From: an uncultured Nitrososphaerales archaeon
GTDB lineage: Archaea; Thermoproteota; Nitrososphaeria; Nitrososphaerales; Nitrososphaeraceae
DNA length: 64,000 nt
Assembly: GCA_963695855.1 (NCBI GenBank)
Contig: CAVOHZ010000003.1
Location: 352,001-416,000 of the forward strand
Direction of reading: 5' to 3'
Shown: piece by piece, positions 10,952 through 22,044 of the stretch
Layout of the letters: the number at the start of each line of letters is the position of its first letter
How positions within the stretch are numbered: the first letter of the stretch is position 1
Translations under genes and position numbers: made by a program
The notes under the pieces: generated by a model
Seen by the model: the letters and a program-made list of their open reading frames with translations, nothing else
Databases searched by the model: none
Told to the model about the DNA's origin: nothing

Positions 10952-11654
10952 TCATTCTGAATTTTTGACTATGAGAAGAATAGCAATTGATCTACAGGTA
11001 CAATATGAAATATGTGTAGAAATAATAACATTATGCTAGGTATGAAGGTAATTATCCAAAATCTTCTGCGACTCATGTTATTGCGGGTAGTAACAATATC
11101 CATAGAGTATATAACGATAGAAAAACTTTATAAGATTAAAATAAAAGAAAAACAGTTTAATGAACAGCAAGAAAAAATTCTAAAGTCTATATATAGTGAC
11201 TTAAATTTTTATCCAAAAATAGTGTACAATAACAGAAAATGCATTATTGGGACATACTTTTCTGATAATCTTTACACCACTTCCAACGCTTTAACCTATT
11301 TCAGAGAATGGAATGAACATAAAAGAATCTTATCATCATATAACATCTGTCATCCCTCTAGAGGCATTCATAATATCCATACACATTATCATAATTACAA
11401 TATTGAATGAATTACTCGAGGAACATGATTTCTCTTTTACGAAGTGCCTGAATTAGATTGCTACTATTAGAGGTAATTTTTCGCCAACCATATATTAATG
11501 GATAACACGAGTACTTAAAAATATATAAAAGTTATAGTAGACCGACATATATGCCTAATAGTAACCTTTTAATAATCAATAATAAATATATTAATACCAT
11601 TATTTTGGACATATGTTCTATAACACATATTAATGATAATGTCATATTATTATT

Positions 11655-11810
11655 ATGAGAATAACTCATCGTCCTAAGATAAAAAAGGATCAGAGCAAAA
11701 AAAGGCAAAAGCTAAATAGTACATCTGAATCCTATAATAGGGCTAAGGCAATAATTGCTTCTGTCTATGGGTTAGATATTATAGAAGACGAACCTATAAG
11801 ATCTAGATAG
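11655..11810 (+). CDS. Small basic hypothetical protein (51 aa)
   Basis: ATG..TAG ORF MRITHRPKIKKDQSKKRQK...AKAIIASVYGLDIIEDEPIRSR, below the ORF-track length cutoff. Confidence 0.3.
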   Translation: MRITHRPKIKKDQSKKRQKLNSTSESYNRAKAIIASVYGLDIIEDEPIRSR

Positions 11811-12341
11811 GACAACAAATTTTAACGTTAGGATTTCTATGATTAATGGCATTTGTTTCAATGGTATATGCGTTGTTAGTTTCAAAATAACCGACAAGTA
11901 TGTGATTCAAGGGACAAAATGTCTTCTTCGGGGGTATCAGCATCAAGACATTAACAGGAACGATAATCTACAAAATTCGTCGCAGATAATGAGATGCATT
12001 TTTGAAATTCACTAAAAATTAGACAGATATATAAAATTTTGTTTTAATTTTTTTTATGGTGAACTCTATCTCGATTGACCTATTGAGTGTGACGTCTTAT
12101 TTTTAATTAAATTATTGTTATCGTGAAGATAGGCAAAATGATAATATTATTACCGTATATAGGATATATAATTCTTATAAGAAAAAAATCTCTTAAAATA
12201 GACTATAATAATAGTATTGAAAATATTATAACTGATCGAGTACTGATTGGTTGATGGTCATTAGTGGAGGAGTAAAAATCTAATTATAACCTATAAGTTA
12301 ATAGTTTTCGGAAATAGAAATGTTTATAGCTTACAATAATC

Positions 12342-12460
12342 GGTTCTGTTAAGTTAAGGAAACTTTATGAAATAAATTATAAAATACTTCTAAAATCGAG
12401 CACCGAACATAATATAAAAGCAGAACACATATAATATTTTATCCTTAAGTTAACAGCGCC
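12342..12460. mobile_element. 119-bp MITE with IS6-like TIRs
   Basis: GGTTCTGTTAAGTTAAGGA ... TCCTTAAGTTAACAGCGCC (16/19 inverted match); no ORF and no clean TSD. Confidence 0.7.
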
Positions 12461-12717
12461 TATCAATCTAATAATTTCTTCATAATTATACAAATTTATA
12501 ATTATTGCAAAATATTAAATATTTTGTATAGTTCTATGTTTGGGATTTCACTATATCTTTTAAACTATAACTTTTAATATAATATAAAAGAAAAAATAGG
12601 AAGAGAAGAGAAATAATTGTCGAATTCACTTACAAGTAACGAGAACAAGGGTAAAATTTCGTTAATTTTTATTATTACTATCATTTTTCCATTCGGCGAA
12701 GGGGTTGTTAATTATCA

Positions 12718-13794
12718 ATGAGATTTGTCGGTTCAAAAGGAATCAAATTCTCTGATATTAGTATAAATTGTTGTATTTGTTTTATTGATTTGGTCGATTC
12801 AACTAAAAACACTTTAGCGTTTTGCAATTCGAAAGATACTAGAAGATATTATGAAACCTTTATCAATTCGGTATCCGAGATAGCTAAAAAGAATAAGGCT
12901 AAAATAATAAAAAATATGGGAGATTCACTTTTATTTTACTTTCCCAAGACATCTGACAGTACAAATATCTCAGCTTTTTATGAAGCATTAGAATGTTCTT
13001 TTGAGATTCTTGACAATCGTCATAATATCAACGACAAGTTATCAAGAGAAAACTTTCCACCATTTAACTACAGAATCAGCTTGGATTATGGAGTAGTAGA
13101 AATAGCACTATCTGGAGAATATAATCAACTCGATTTGTTTGGATCAACTGTGAATTTATGTGCAAAAATTAATCAATTATCTTTACAGAATGAATTGAGG
13201 ATAGGAGATAATCTTTATAGAATATTGAACGCTTATTCTCCATTTTTTGAAAAATTATATAATTTTACCAAGTCAGAACAATATAATATCTCTTCAGATA
13301 TTAAATATTTTACATATACAATAGAAAGAAGACCATCTAAGAGTGAATATTTAAAAGATCAGGATATTTCAGATTCTAATAAAGAACAGGAAAGTCAACA
13401 AATGATTTATAGGAATTATGATCTCAGAAAAAAAGTCATTTTAGTAGATGACGATGCTGAAGTATTAACAACCATAGAATTATTTTTAATAGGACATGAC
13501 TTTTATGTTACATCCTTTATCGACCCTACTATGGCAGTAGAGTATCTGCGATCAAATCCTTTTTATCAGAATCTATTGGTAATTGCAGATATTAGAATGA
13601 GCAAATTAAATGGATTTCAACTTTATCAGCAAATCAAGAGTATAGATCCTACTATAAAGGTTCTTTTTATTACTGGTTTGTATATTGCAGATGAAATATT
13701 GACTTTGATTCCAGGATTGGACAAAGATCTCATAATAACAAAGCCTATTGATAAAGAAACATTTGTAAATAGAGTAAAAAAATTATTTTTATGA
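12718..13794 (+). CDS. Class III adenylate/guanylate cyclase domain fused to C-terminal receiver domain
   Basis: FIDLVDST, KNMGDSLLFYF, DLFGSTVNLCAKI; REC VILVDDD, IADIRM, FITG, TKP. Confidence 0.9.
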   Translation: MRFVGSKGIKFSDISINCCICFIDLVDSTKNTLAFCNSKDTRRYYETFINSVSEIAKKNKAKIIKNMGDSLLFYFPKTSDSTNISAFYEALECSFEILDNRHNINDKLSRENFPPFNYRISLDYGVVEIALSGEYNQLDLFGSTVNLCAKINQLSLQNELRIGDNLYRILNAYSPFFEKLYNFTKSEQYNISSDIKYFTYTIERRPSKSEYLKDQDISDSNKEQESQQMIYRNYDLRKKVILVDDDAEVLTTIELFLIGHDFYVTSFIDPTMAVEYLRSNPFYQNLLVIADIRMSKLNGFQLYQQIKSIDPTIKVLFITGLYIADEILTLIPGLDKDLIITKPIDKETFVNRVKKLFL

Positions 13795-13947
13795 AAGTTA
13801 CTATTAAAACTCTACATAATAAAACTGGTGAATATCATATTAGATCCTACCCGAAAAGTGATGCTGTTAAGTTAACGAAAGATCTAACTATATGTGAATA
13901 AATCCAGTAAATCCAAATCAGACAGTAAGTTGTGCTCTAGGAGTAGT

Positions 13948-14037
13948 ATGATGTATGTTGGAATGGATCTCCATAAGAATTATTTGCAAGTTGCAGTAAT
14001 GGATGAGAAAGGAAAAGTAATCAAGAATAGCATTTGA
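13948..14037 (+). pseudogene. IS110-family transposase N-terminal remnant
   Basis: MMYVGMDLHKNYLQVAVMDEKGKVIK, the DEDD/RuvC N-terminal signature of IS110. Confidence 0.8.
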
Positions 14038-14389
14038 AGGAATTCCAAATGCAGGAGGGAATTTTATAGTATCTGTAGAAAGTACCAACAAGAATCTTGA
14101 TGAACTTGTCCAAGAGCAGATGCAAGAATTTAAAGCATATGAATCAATGGGATTAAAGCAAGAAATTTTAGAAGTTACTGATATTGAATTATCAAATCAA
14201 ACGGCTAAGAAGTTCATTTACCAATATATAGACCTAAAGGAAAAAAAGACAGAGCAAAAAACGATGCAGATTATTAGTCTCTATAATAACAATATATATT
14301 CCATAGTGTATTGGATGGATAATCCTGATTTATATGAAGTACATTTACCAACGGCAGAAAAAATGATCAACTCAATGAAGTTCCCATAA
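14033..14389 (+). pseudogene. PsbP-like domain protein, 5'-truncated
   Basis: Open frame upstream of ATG 14120; KTMQII..NNNIYSIVY..YEVHLPTAEKMINSMKF resembles a PsbP-fold C-terminus. Confidence 0.6.
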
Positions 14390-14448
14390 TTAAAATAAGG
14401 ATATATTAGGAAACGTTTAATATTATGACTTTATAACTCAAACAAAAA

Positions 14449-14589
14449 ATGGAAACAAGAATAGAAATTATTTCGTTCTTGACTATTATTCTGACCATAA
14501 GCACCACCGTTTTTTTGTTCGCTAGTACACCAACACCCGATCCACACGGTTTTGACCATGATGGTGATGGTATAGGTTGTGAATCTTAG
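14449..14589 (+). CDS. 46-aa secreted/anchored micro-protein with Excalibur-like DxDGDGxxCE motif
   Basis: METRIEIISFLTIILTISTTVFLFASTPTPDPHGFDHDGDGIGCES*. Confidence 0.5.
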   Translation: METRIEIISFLTIILTISTTVFLFASTPTPDPHGFDHDGDGIGCES

Positions 14590-14669
14590 TAATCTTGCAA
14601 GTTCAAAATGTAATAATATATTATTATAAATCCAGAAAAAGAATTAATTTTATATAAATATTAATAAAT

Positions 14670-15776
14670 TTGATACTCAATAACAATATATTGGCTATTC
14701 CAAATGGACTGAAATGTAAAGATGATTCATCACTTTCTAAGAGGCTTCAATTTGTTATGCCTAAAAATGTTAGACCAATATTTGAGCTTAAATTAGTAAA
14801 ACCACAAGAATACGATGATATTGAAATAGTAAAATGGATAGATGGTAAGCCAAATAAAGAAATCAAGAAAATTATTCTTCATCCTATAGAGACAGTCCAT
14901 TTAATAGAGTTAAAAAATGTTAATAAAAATGAGATTATTGGTGGTTTCAAATTCCAATTTATTTCACGAGTTCGTATAATTGACGATGTTAAGAAAAGTT
15001 TTTTACGAGAAAAAAAAGACAAAATGTTAGGTATAACTATAACAGATGGTCACACTGAGTTAGAGATCGTTCTTAATGTTGAAGATAAAGAAGCAGATAT
15101 TATATTTAAGGATATAGAAGCTTTAAGGAATATTGATATAGTTAATTATTGGGAACCTTTCAGATTACCATACGAAAATGACGATGGTACTATAGTGTAT
15201 ACAGAAATATTTCCCAAAACTCCTTTTCTAGCAGAAAATGAAGTATTATTATGGTATAGAATAGAAACAAAAGGAGTAATTCATAAGAATATTAGGTGGA
15301 TTGAAGCAATAACGAATTATAGAGTATTTGAATACAATTTTGAGAATCATCTTGCTAACTATATTATATTAACTGGTTTAGATGATGTAGCTGTAACAAA
15401 TAGATACAGAATGTCTCAGGGACAAAACTACGGGGTTTTTACAGGTCAAAGATACAGGTCTATGGGTGGCGGATTTTATACAAGTACTGGTAATTCTAGA
15501 AGTACATCTGTTGGTGATGTGGTCTTTATGTATAATGGTAAACCATTAATTAAATTTAATCAAGTTAGTGATCCTTCAGGAGTTACTAAATTAGCACAAT
15601 CAGCTAGAAAACATCTGTTAGGTTTACAGAAAATAGTAATGAAAGAACAGAAAAAAAATGATGTGATACATTTTGATAAAATTAATTCAAATGTATGTCC
15701 TGATTGCAAATTTAATAATCCAATAGCTTCTAAATATTGTGGTCAATGTGGTTCGAAACTTAATGATCTTACCTGA
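14670..15776 (+). CDS. Hypothetical protein with PH-like region and C-terminal zinc ribbon
   Basis: AITNYRV...VGDVVFM..IKFNQVSDP (bPH-like) and CPDC..CGQCG. Confidence 0.75.
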   Translation: MILNNNILAIPNGLKCKDDSSLSKRLQFVMPKNVRPIFELKLVKPQEYDDIEIVKWIDGKPNKEIKKIILHPIETVHLIELKNVNKNEIIGGFKFQFISRVRIIDDVKKSFLREKKDKMLGITITDGHTELEIVLNVEDKEADIIFKDIEALRNIDIVNYWEPFRLPYENDDGTIVYTEIFPKTPFLAENEVLLWYRIETKGVIHKNIRWIEAITNYRVFEYNFENHLANYIILTGLDDVAVTNRYRMSQGQNYGVFTGQRYRSMGGGFYTSTGNSRSTSVGDVVFMYNGKPLIKFNQVSDPSGVTKLAQSARKHLLGLQKIVMKEQKKNDVIHFDKINSNVCPDCKFNNPIASKYCGQCGSKLNDLT

Positions 15777-15952
15777 ATTAATTTACATCCACTAATTGAG
15801 TTCGGGGTTATTGCACCCATGAAATTGGTTCTTTAGAGTAGTTAATACATAGAGATTAACTCTAGTTAAATGCTTTTTAGAACAAAAAATTTTATATCAT
15901 GTTTCCTATTAGTTATGCTAGATTATATATCTAATTTTTTAAAAATTAAATA

Positions 15953-16967
15953 ATGTGGGTTGAAAAAAAAGAGATAACTGCCGGAACCCTAAAGAACTTT
16001 GTAAAATCATTAAAAGTGTTTCGCGAAATGTCTGATATCTCTCTTCCTTGGAAAAAGATTACAAGAGGATTACCAAATGCAAGACAATCAGCAAATGACA
16101 GAGCTCCTGCTACATATGAAATACGTAAATTGGTAGAATATCCAGACAGAAGAATCAAGCCAATTGTTTATACTATGATATCATCAGGAATACGATTAGG
16201 AGCTTGGGATTACCTAAAATGGAAACATATTATTCCATTAAGAGATGATGAAGAAAAGGTAGTGGCAGCCAAGATAATTGTGTATTCTGGAGAAGATGAT
16301 GAATACTATTCCTTTATAACACCGGAGGCGTATAACTCATTGCTTGATTGGATAAAATCTAGAGAAGAATACGGTGAGAAAATTAGTGGCGAATCATGGT
16401 TAATGAGATATTTGGCAAACTACTAACGTAAACTATGGAGCTAAATGGGGATTAGCAACATGTCCTAAAAAGTTGAATAGTTATGCCATAAAGAGAATCT
16501 TAGAGAGAGGGTTATGGTCTCAAGGTTTAAGAAAAACACTTGAAAATGGAGAGAAAAGACATGAATACAAGGGAGCCCATGGCTTTCGTAAATTCTATAA
16601 AACTAGAACCGAACAGGTTATGCGTCCCTTAAATGTTGAAATTACTCTTGGTCATGATATTGGGATATCAGGCTCTTATTACAAGCCTACTGAAAAGGAA
16701 GTGTTAGAAGATTATCTAAAAGCAGTAGATTTACTCACAATCAACAATAATCAAAAAATTCTTGAAAAACAGGTTACTGAATTAAAAGAAAAAAGTAAAG
16801 ATAATGATTATATTATAAAAGCTAAGCTTCAAGAAAAAGATGAACAAATTAAAATTATTCAATCACAAATGAATGTACTAGTTGAAATAATTAGCAAATT
16901 AGATAGTGAAGAAGGAAAAAATAAGATAGCTAAGCAACTTATTGAAAATGGACTTTGTACAAAATAG
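15953..16967 (+). pseudogene. Tyrosine recombinase/integrase, 5'-truncated and frameshifted near 16410
   Basis: SSGIRLGAWDYL in ORF1; HGFRKFYKT, LGHDIG and SYYKP in ORF2; coiled-coil tail. Confidence 0.9.
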
Positions 16968-16968
16968 A

Positions 16969-17505
16969 TTAAATAATATTTTCATGAGTTAAACAAATCT
17001 CTTTTACAAGTGAGAGAATGTAAATGTCATTCTGTTTTAATAATCTTGCATTTTTTTCAATATTTTCTAAGATTTTATTCCTTGATGCTTTTAATTCTTC
17101 TATATCGTTATCATATTTTTCTTGGATTTCCTTCTCAAATTCTTCTCTATTTTGTTTCTTAAGGTCATATATTAGTGCTAATTTATGACTTAGTCTTTGT
17201 TGACCTAAGTATAATTTCATACATTCTTTATCTGCCTCAGATGATTTCTTATCGTACACTAACCTTTGAAAAGATATATTAAAATCAAATATATGTAAAA
17301 GCCAATAATCATATAAAATTTTCTTCACAGAATCATTACATATACTATATCTCATTTCTCCTGGATATATGTCTGCTATTGGTTTTATGATTTCATATTT
17401 TTTAAGCAGATGTAGAGCTTCAAGAATTTCTTCCTTAGAGAATTTAAAAATGGATATAAGGTATTTCAAGGCATTTTGACAATTCTGAGAATGGATGTGG
17501 TTCAC
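16969..17505 (-). pseudogene. Fragment of a hypothetical gene convergent on the integrase
   Basis: 178-aa ORF with weak start; a short upstream ORF (17524-17739) may be the frameshifted 5' part. Confidence 0.4.
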
Positions 17506-17719
17506 TACATTTTTGAAGGAGTTTTAAATAATCGAAAAATTCTTCATGGTTAAAGCCAGGTAAAACAATATAATAATATTTAGAAGAATTAGAAGAGTCT
17601 GTATATTCGCCAATTGATATATTATTATATGTTCTAGAGCCATTGGTAACATTGAAGGAGAGATATTCTTTTGTTCTAATTCTTTTATTTCCATTTGTTC
17701 CATATTTTCAAATTTTATT

Positions 17720-18238
17720 TCAATTTTTCTTTTTAACAAAACTCACTTGACCATTAATTTCCAAATAAGAAGATTTGATATCAGAAATATCATCAGTTCC
17801 ACTTAATCTTAAATAGGATTCTAGTTCTCTTATTGAAATTTTTGCTTTCTTCATTGATTCATCAATAATTTTACCGTCTTTTACTAACAATATTGGGTCA
17901 GATACTATGGCTTTGCTAAATTTATTATATCTTGATGCTAGATAATCATAAATCTTGAATATTGCTATTGCTATAATAACTACTGTAAATCCTTGGGGGA
18001 TAGAAGTTTGACTCGGATTTAGCATGGATTGACCTACTGCCTCTCCCAACCCTAGTATTATTATCAACTCTATAGTGCTTAATTGACCCATTCCTTTGTT
18101 TCCAAGCCATCGTATTACAAATACAATTAAAAGTGCAACAATTGCTGTACTGAAGCTAACTGCAACAAAAGTGTTAAAGTCTATATTGAATGCATTTCCT
18201 ATGATTTCAGATATTGATTCTATTGACATATAACTCAT
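17720..18238 (-). CDS. DUF421/YetF family membrane protein
   Basis: RWLGNKGMGQLS, PILLVKDGKI, LRLSG, YLEINGQVS. Confidence 0.9.
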   Translation of the reverse strand: MSYMSIESISEIIGNAFNIDFNTFVAVSFSTAIVALLIVFVIRWLGNKGMGQLSTIELIIILGLGEAVGQSMLNPSQTSIPQGFTVVIIAIAIFKIYDYLASRYNKFSKAIVSDPILLVKDGKIIDESMKKAKISIRELESYLRLSGTDDISDIKSSYLEINGQVSFVKKKN

Positions 18239-18419
18239 CTAATTAGGTTAGTTATAATTTTATAGAAAATAATTATTATTTAATTACATGGTTAGTATTT
18301 TAATTGAAAAAAATACTGTTAAAGAACAACAACCTATTAACTCTAAACATCAGGAAATAGAATATAACCTAAGCGATTCTAGTAGTATCAAAGTTATTGT
18401 CAAAATTCGCATTAATATT

Positions 18420-18602
18420 TCAATGATTATCTTGAGCTAAATACTTTGCAAAATTGATAATGCATTTCAAGTTATTAATTTGATGATTTTCTGAAGAACC
18501 ATTATTTATCATATAATCAAGAAATTCATAAACTATCTCTCTATTATCTCCATTAGGAATTACCTCAATCTTTTTTACAATTGTTGAATATTGAAATGGC
18601 AT
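18420..18602 (-). pseudogene. N-terminal (SAM-like) fragment of a second type of tyrosine recombinase
   Basis: NREIVYEFLDYMINNGSSENHQINNLKCIINFAKYL resembles integrase N-terminal helices; truncated. Confidence 0.55.
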
Positions 18603-18676
18603 TTATTATTTTGTTACTCCTCTTATTGTTATATAAAATGTCCTTGTATATGAACCCCTATACAATAAGGCAGTCA

Positions 18677-18710
18677 ATCCCACTGGCCCCATATAGTATA
18701 AGGGGTCAGT
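18677..18710 (+). repeat. Second copy of the 17-bp repeat (candidate attR), part of an inverted repeat
   Basis: ATCCCACTGGCCCCATA at 18677-18693; ACTGGCCCC-N11-GGGGTCAGT dyad. Confidence 0.7.
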
Positions 18711-18838
18711 TGAATTATTAAAGTTTTAATCCAAAGAACATTTAACAAACTATATAATACTTGTTACCTTCGTTAGCCCAAAACTAATGTAACATGATTT
18801 ATCAATTTTATATATACGATGTTGTCTTAGAAAAGTAT

Positions 18839-19309
18839 ATGTCAAATAACACTAACAATAGTCCTGCAGATGCCGAAATGGCATCATCTTCTAGTAAGGA
18901 AGAAATAATAAAAGGATTAAATGAAGACTTGGCAAGAGAATATAAAGCAATTATCCAATATGTAGTGTTCAGTTCTACATTAAAGGGAGCACAATATGGG
19001 GATATAGCTCAACAATTGAAAGAACATGCCTCCCAAGAATTAGCACATGCGTTAGAGGTAGCCAAGCAGATCGATTATCTTGGAGGAGACCCGACTATGA
19101 AAAGTGAAGATGCTGAGTATTCCCAGGATTCAAAGACAATGCTTGAAATAGACTTAAGAGCCGAACAAGAAACGATCAAGAATTATAGAGAAAGGATTCG
19201 TCAGGCTGAACGTGCTGGTGAATTTGCTTTATCTGAGACATTAAGAGGAATTATTGTACAAGAACAGGATCACGAAATAGATTTGAAAGATGCTCTAGGA
19301 TTAAGATAA
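18839..19309 (+). CDS. Ferritin-like/bacterioferritin-family di-iron protein
   Basis: LAREYKAIIQY, EHASQELAHA, QIDYLGG, DLRAE, QEQDHE; ATG 18839 fits the TATA at about 18808. Confidence 0.9.
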   Translation: MSNNTNNSPADAEMASSSSKEEIIKGLNEDLAREYKAIIQYVVFSSTLKGAQYGDIAQQLKEHASQELAHALEVAKQIDYLGGDPTMKSEDAEYSQDSKTMLEIDLRAEQETIKNYRERIRQAERAGEFALSETLRGIIVQEQDHEIDLKDALGLR

Positions 19310-19554
19310 TAAACTAATTTGCTAAATATCAATAATTATTATTTATTTTTACTCTAAAATTAGTAGTTAAATCTAATAAAATACGTAGATCCAAATGAAT
19401 AAAATGTGAAACTAATAATATTGCTTTTCTCAAACACTAGTACAAAACATTTGGCATATTGAAATAAGTTTTTTTGATAATTAAAATTTTTAATAGAAAA
19501 ATAGTGTGTAGCTTAATTCAACAATAATGTTAGTCTATTCATAAACAAATTGTG

Positions 19555-20453
19555 TTACAATGAGATAAACTTGTTATACAACATTATTTTAAGAACAGTC
19601 TCTGTTTTTTGCATACTGAATTTCTTTGACATCAAATGTTCTCCCAGTACTCGTTTTAATGATGAGAAGACTACTTCAGCAATCCATCTTTGTCCTGTGT
19701 TTTTTAGTTGTTTGTATTTTTCATATCCAATATTTTGATTCAGATGTACCTGTTCATTTCTAGATTTGCATTTTCTAGTTTTACCACTTGCATTCTTTCT
19801 GACAGATATTATAGGTTCAATATACAATTTGTCTAACAAATTGAAATTAACTGTACTATCATATGCTTTATCTGCATATGCTTTTGTAATGTTATTGTTG
19901 TTAGAAATCTCTTTTATCATAGGCACAAACCTCTTGCTATCATGAACCGTGCCTTTAGTTACTCTAAACGAGATTATCTGTTTTGATTTTATATCAACTG
20001 CAATATGTAATTTTAGATATTTCCTCGCGTTCTTTCTTCCATTTATCCTCAATGTAATTGCCTTTCTTAGATGATGTGGTAAAACCAGATGCATCAATCA
20101 ATTACCACTGTTATTGATTTACCTATTCTGTTATTGTTGTAAATATCCCTAAAATGAGTACACATTTTCTTGATGCATCTTCTCAGTTGAGTAAAGTGTA
20201 TTTCCTCAATTTTGATGTATTCTGCTAATCCTCTTACAATGCCTTGTACTGTTCTGTATGAAATAGAAAATCCAATTTTTATAAATGCTAGAAATTGTAC
20301 ATAACTATCACGATACAGAAATGGTCTACCAACTTTCTTTTTGTTCATAGTCACTAACTCCCTTCTTTGTAATTTAATAAACCCAATATCCATAAGAATA
20401 TGACCACGTTCAATTAGGGATTCATTATATGCAGACCAGTTTCTCTTGGGCAT
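19555..20453 (-). mobile_element. IS5-family (IS903-like) transposase, frameshifted
   Basis: NWSAYNESLIERG, VGRPFLY, YLKLHIAVD, HDSK, ADKAYDS, RWIAEVVFSSLKR; ends degenerate. Confidence 0.9.
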
Positions 20454-20635
20454 TAGAAGAATAATGAAATTGCAGCATAATAATGCTACAAACTATAGAA
20501 AAACAAACTGACAGATTATTTTTTTATAGAATTCATTTATCATTGGTCTTTCTAGAATACTATTAGTCAAACGTTATGCATTAGTCATTAACATTTCTAA
20601 GAAGCTAATAATAACTATATTGATAAAACTAGCTT

Positions 20636-20818
20636 GTGTTTAAACACCATGATGAACATGAATTCAAAAAAATTATTGATGAATTTATACTCTCTTCATC
20701 AGATAATGAATCAATAAAAAATATAGATGTTGAGGCTTTCAAATTAGGAATTTCATTTCATCAAATGATATTCATATTAATTCAAAAAGATGCTATTCGT
20801 AACAGAAAATCTCAATAA
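20636..20818 (+). CDS. Small hypothetical protein
   Basis: 60-aa helical ORF. Confidence 0.45.
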   Translation: MFKHHDEHEFKKIIDEFILSSSDNESIKNIDVEAFKLGISFHQMIFILIQKDAIRNRKSQ

Positions 20819-21236
20819 GATATATAGTAAATTATTAAACGGATTTTGATTTTTATATTTTAATTAAGTTTCTAATAATAAAAGCTATATACAGAATACT
20901 ACTATCTCTACATTGGACTCCCTTTTTAGAACCGCTATCGGTGTTACTCCTTTGAATATTCCTATAGAATTCAATATATTGTGGATATCTATTTTAACAT
21001 AGGTTCCTAATAATAATAAATATAACGTAGAACAATACTCTTTAGAAGATTCTAATTTCGAATAGCTAGCTGAATATTGGCAAACTATTAGTAGTCTTTC
21101 ACATACATCATGATTAGCTATTTCATTAATTAGAGAATGTTTACAAGTAATAATATCTTAATTTGCTAATAAAATAAAATATGCTATATATAAGAATCTA
21201 AAAAAATTTATAAAAAATTATTGAGTAGGTTAAATA

Positions 21237-21788
21237 TTAAAACCTAGTTGTTCTTTGACTGTCTCTATTTATTTCTGTATTGTGTCTATTAACTGATTTT
21301 ATATAATCAGTATTTGTTTTTGTGAAAGCCTTCACATTATCACGAGTCTGTTCAAGTGCTGTGTTATATACTCTCATATTTGATGCTAGAGTGTTATTTA
21401 TTAGATTGCTAGCATTTAACAGGTAACTTGTAAAGTTATTTACCATTACTGCATTGTTTTCAGCAATTCTTTGTGGATTATAAAAGTCCCAAAATGCATA
21501 GAAGTTTCCTCTATTGTTATCTACTTGTTGTGATTGAAAAGAGCTTACTACTTGTTTTTGTGCTTCAATATAATCAGAAGCAATATCTTTTACAGTTTGA
21601 ATAGTTTTTTCTTGATATTCGGTAATACGTTGTGTATATTGTGGAATTTCTCGTGTAGCTTCATCTGTACTTCTTTTTATATCATGTAAAACATTATCAA
21701 GAGTTCTATTTATTGCATCTTGTTGATTCAAAGTATTATTCAAATCTCTATTTGTTCTTTCAGTAATTTTATCTTCTTTTGTTGTCAT
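21237..21788 (-). CDS. All-helical Q/N/T-rich hypothetical protein (Nitrososphaeraceae multigene family)
   Basis: 183 aa of amphipathic helices with no Cys; TATA upstream. Confidence 0.8.
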   Translation of the reverse strand: MTTKEDKITERTNRDLNNTLNQQDAINRTLDNVLHDIKRSTDEATREIPQYTQRITEYQEKTIQTVKDIASDYIEAQKQVVSSFQSQQVDNNRGNFYAFWDFYNPQRIAENNAVMVNNFTSYLLNASNLINNTLASNMRVYNTALEQTRDNVKAFTKTNTDYIKSVNRHNTEINRDSQRTTRF

Positions 21789-22044
21789 ATTGATAATACA
21801 TTACCAAGGTATATATGATAAGGTAAAGATATCAGTGCATAATCAGGTTCTAGAGATACCAATCATTTTATAGTATATTGTATGAAAAGTAAAGTTTTTG
21901 TGATTCTACACAAACTGTAATCATCAAATTAGTTATTTTTTTAGTGTAGCTCTAATTAGCGATGGAATAAGTGCTAAATCTGATTGTATTGAAATTTCCA
22001 TACGATACTACCGAACCCGACTGAAATTATTATAGTTTTCATGA

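Noticed and set aside
11012-11410. 132-aa ORF, also 44532-44789, 57824-58105, 63186-63380 and 41346-41579
   Set aside because: No recognisable motif and atypical composition; likely chance ORFs in decayed AT-rich DNA.
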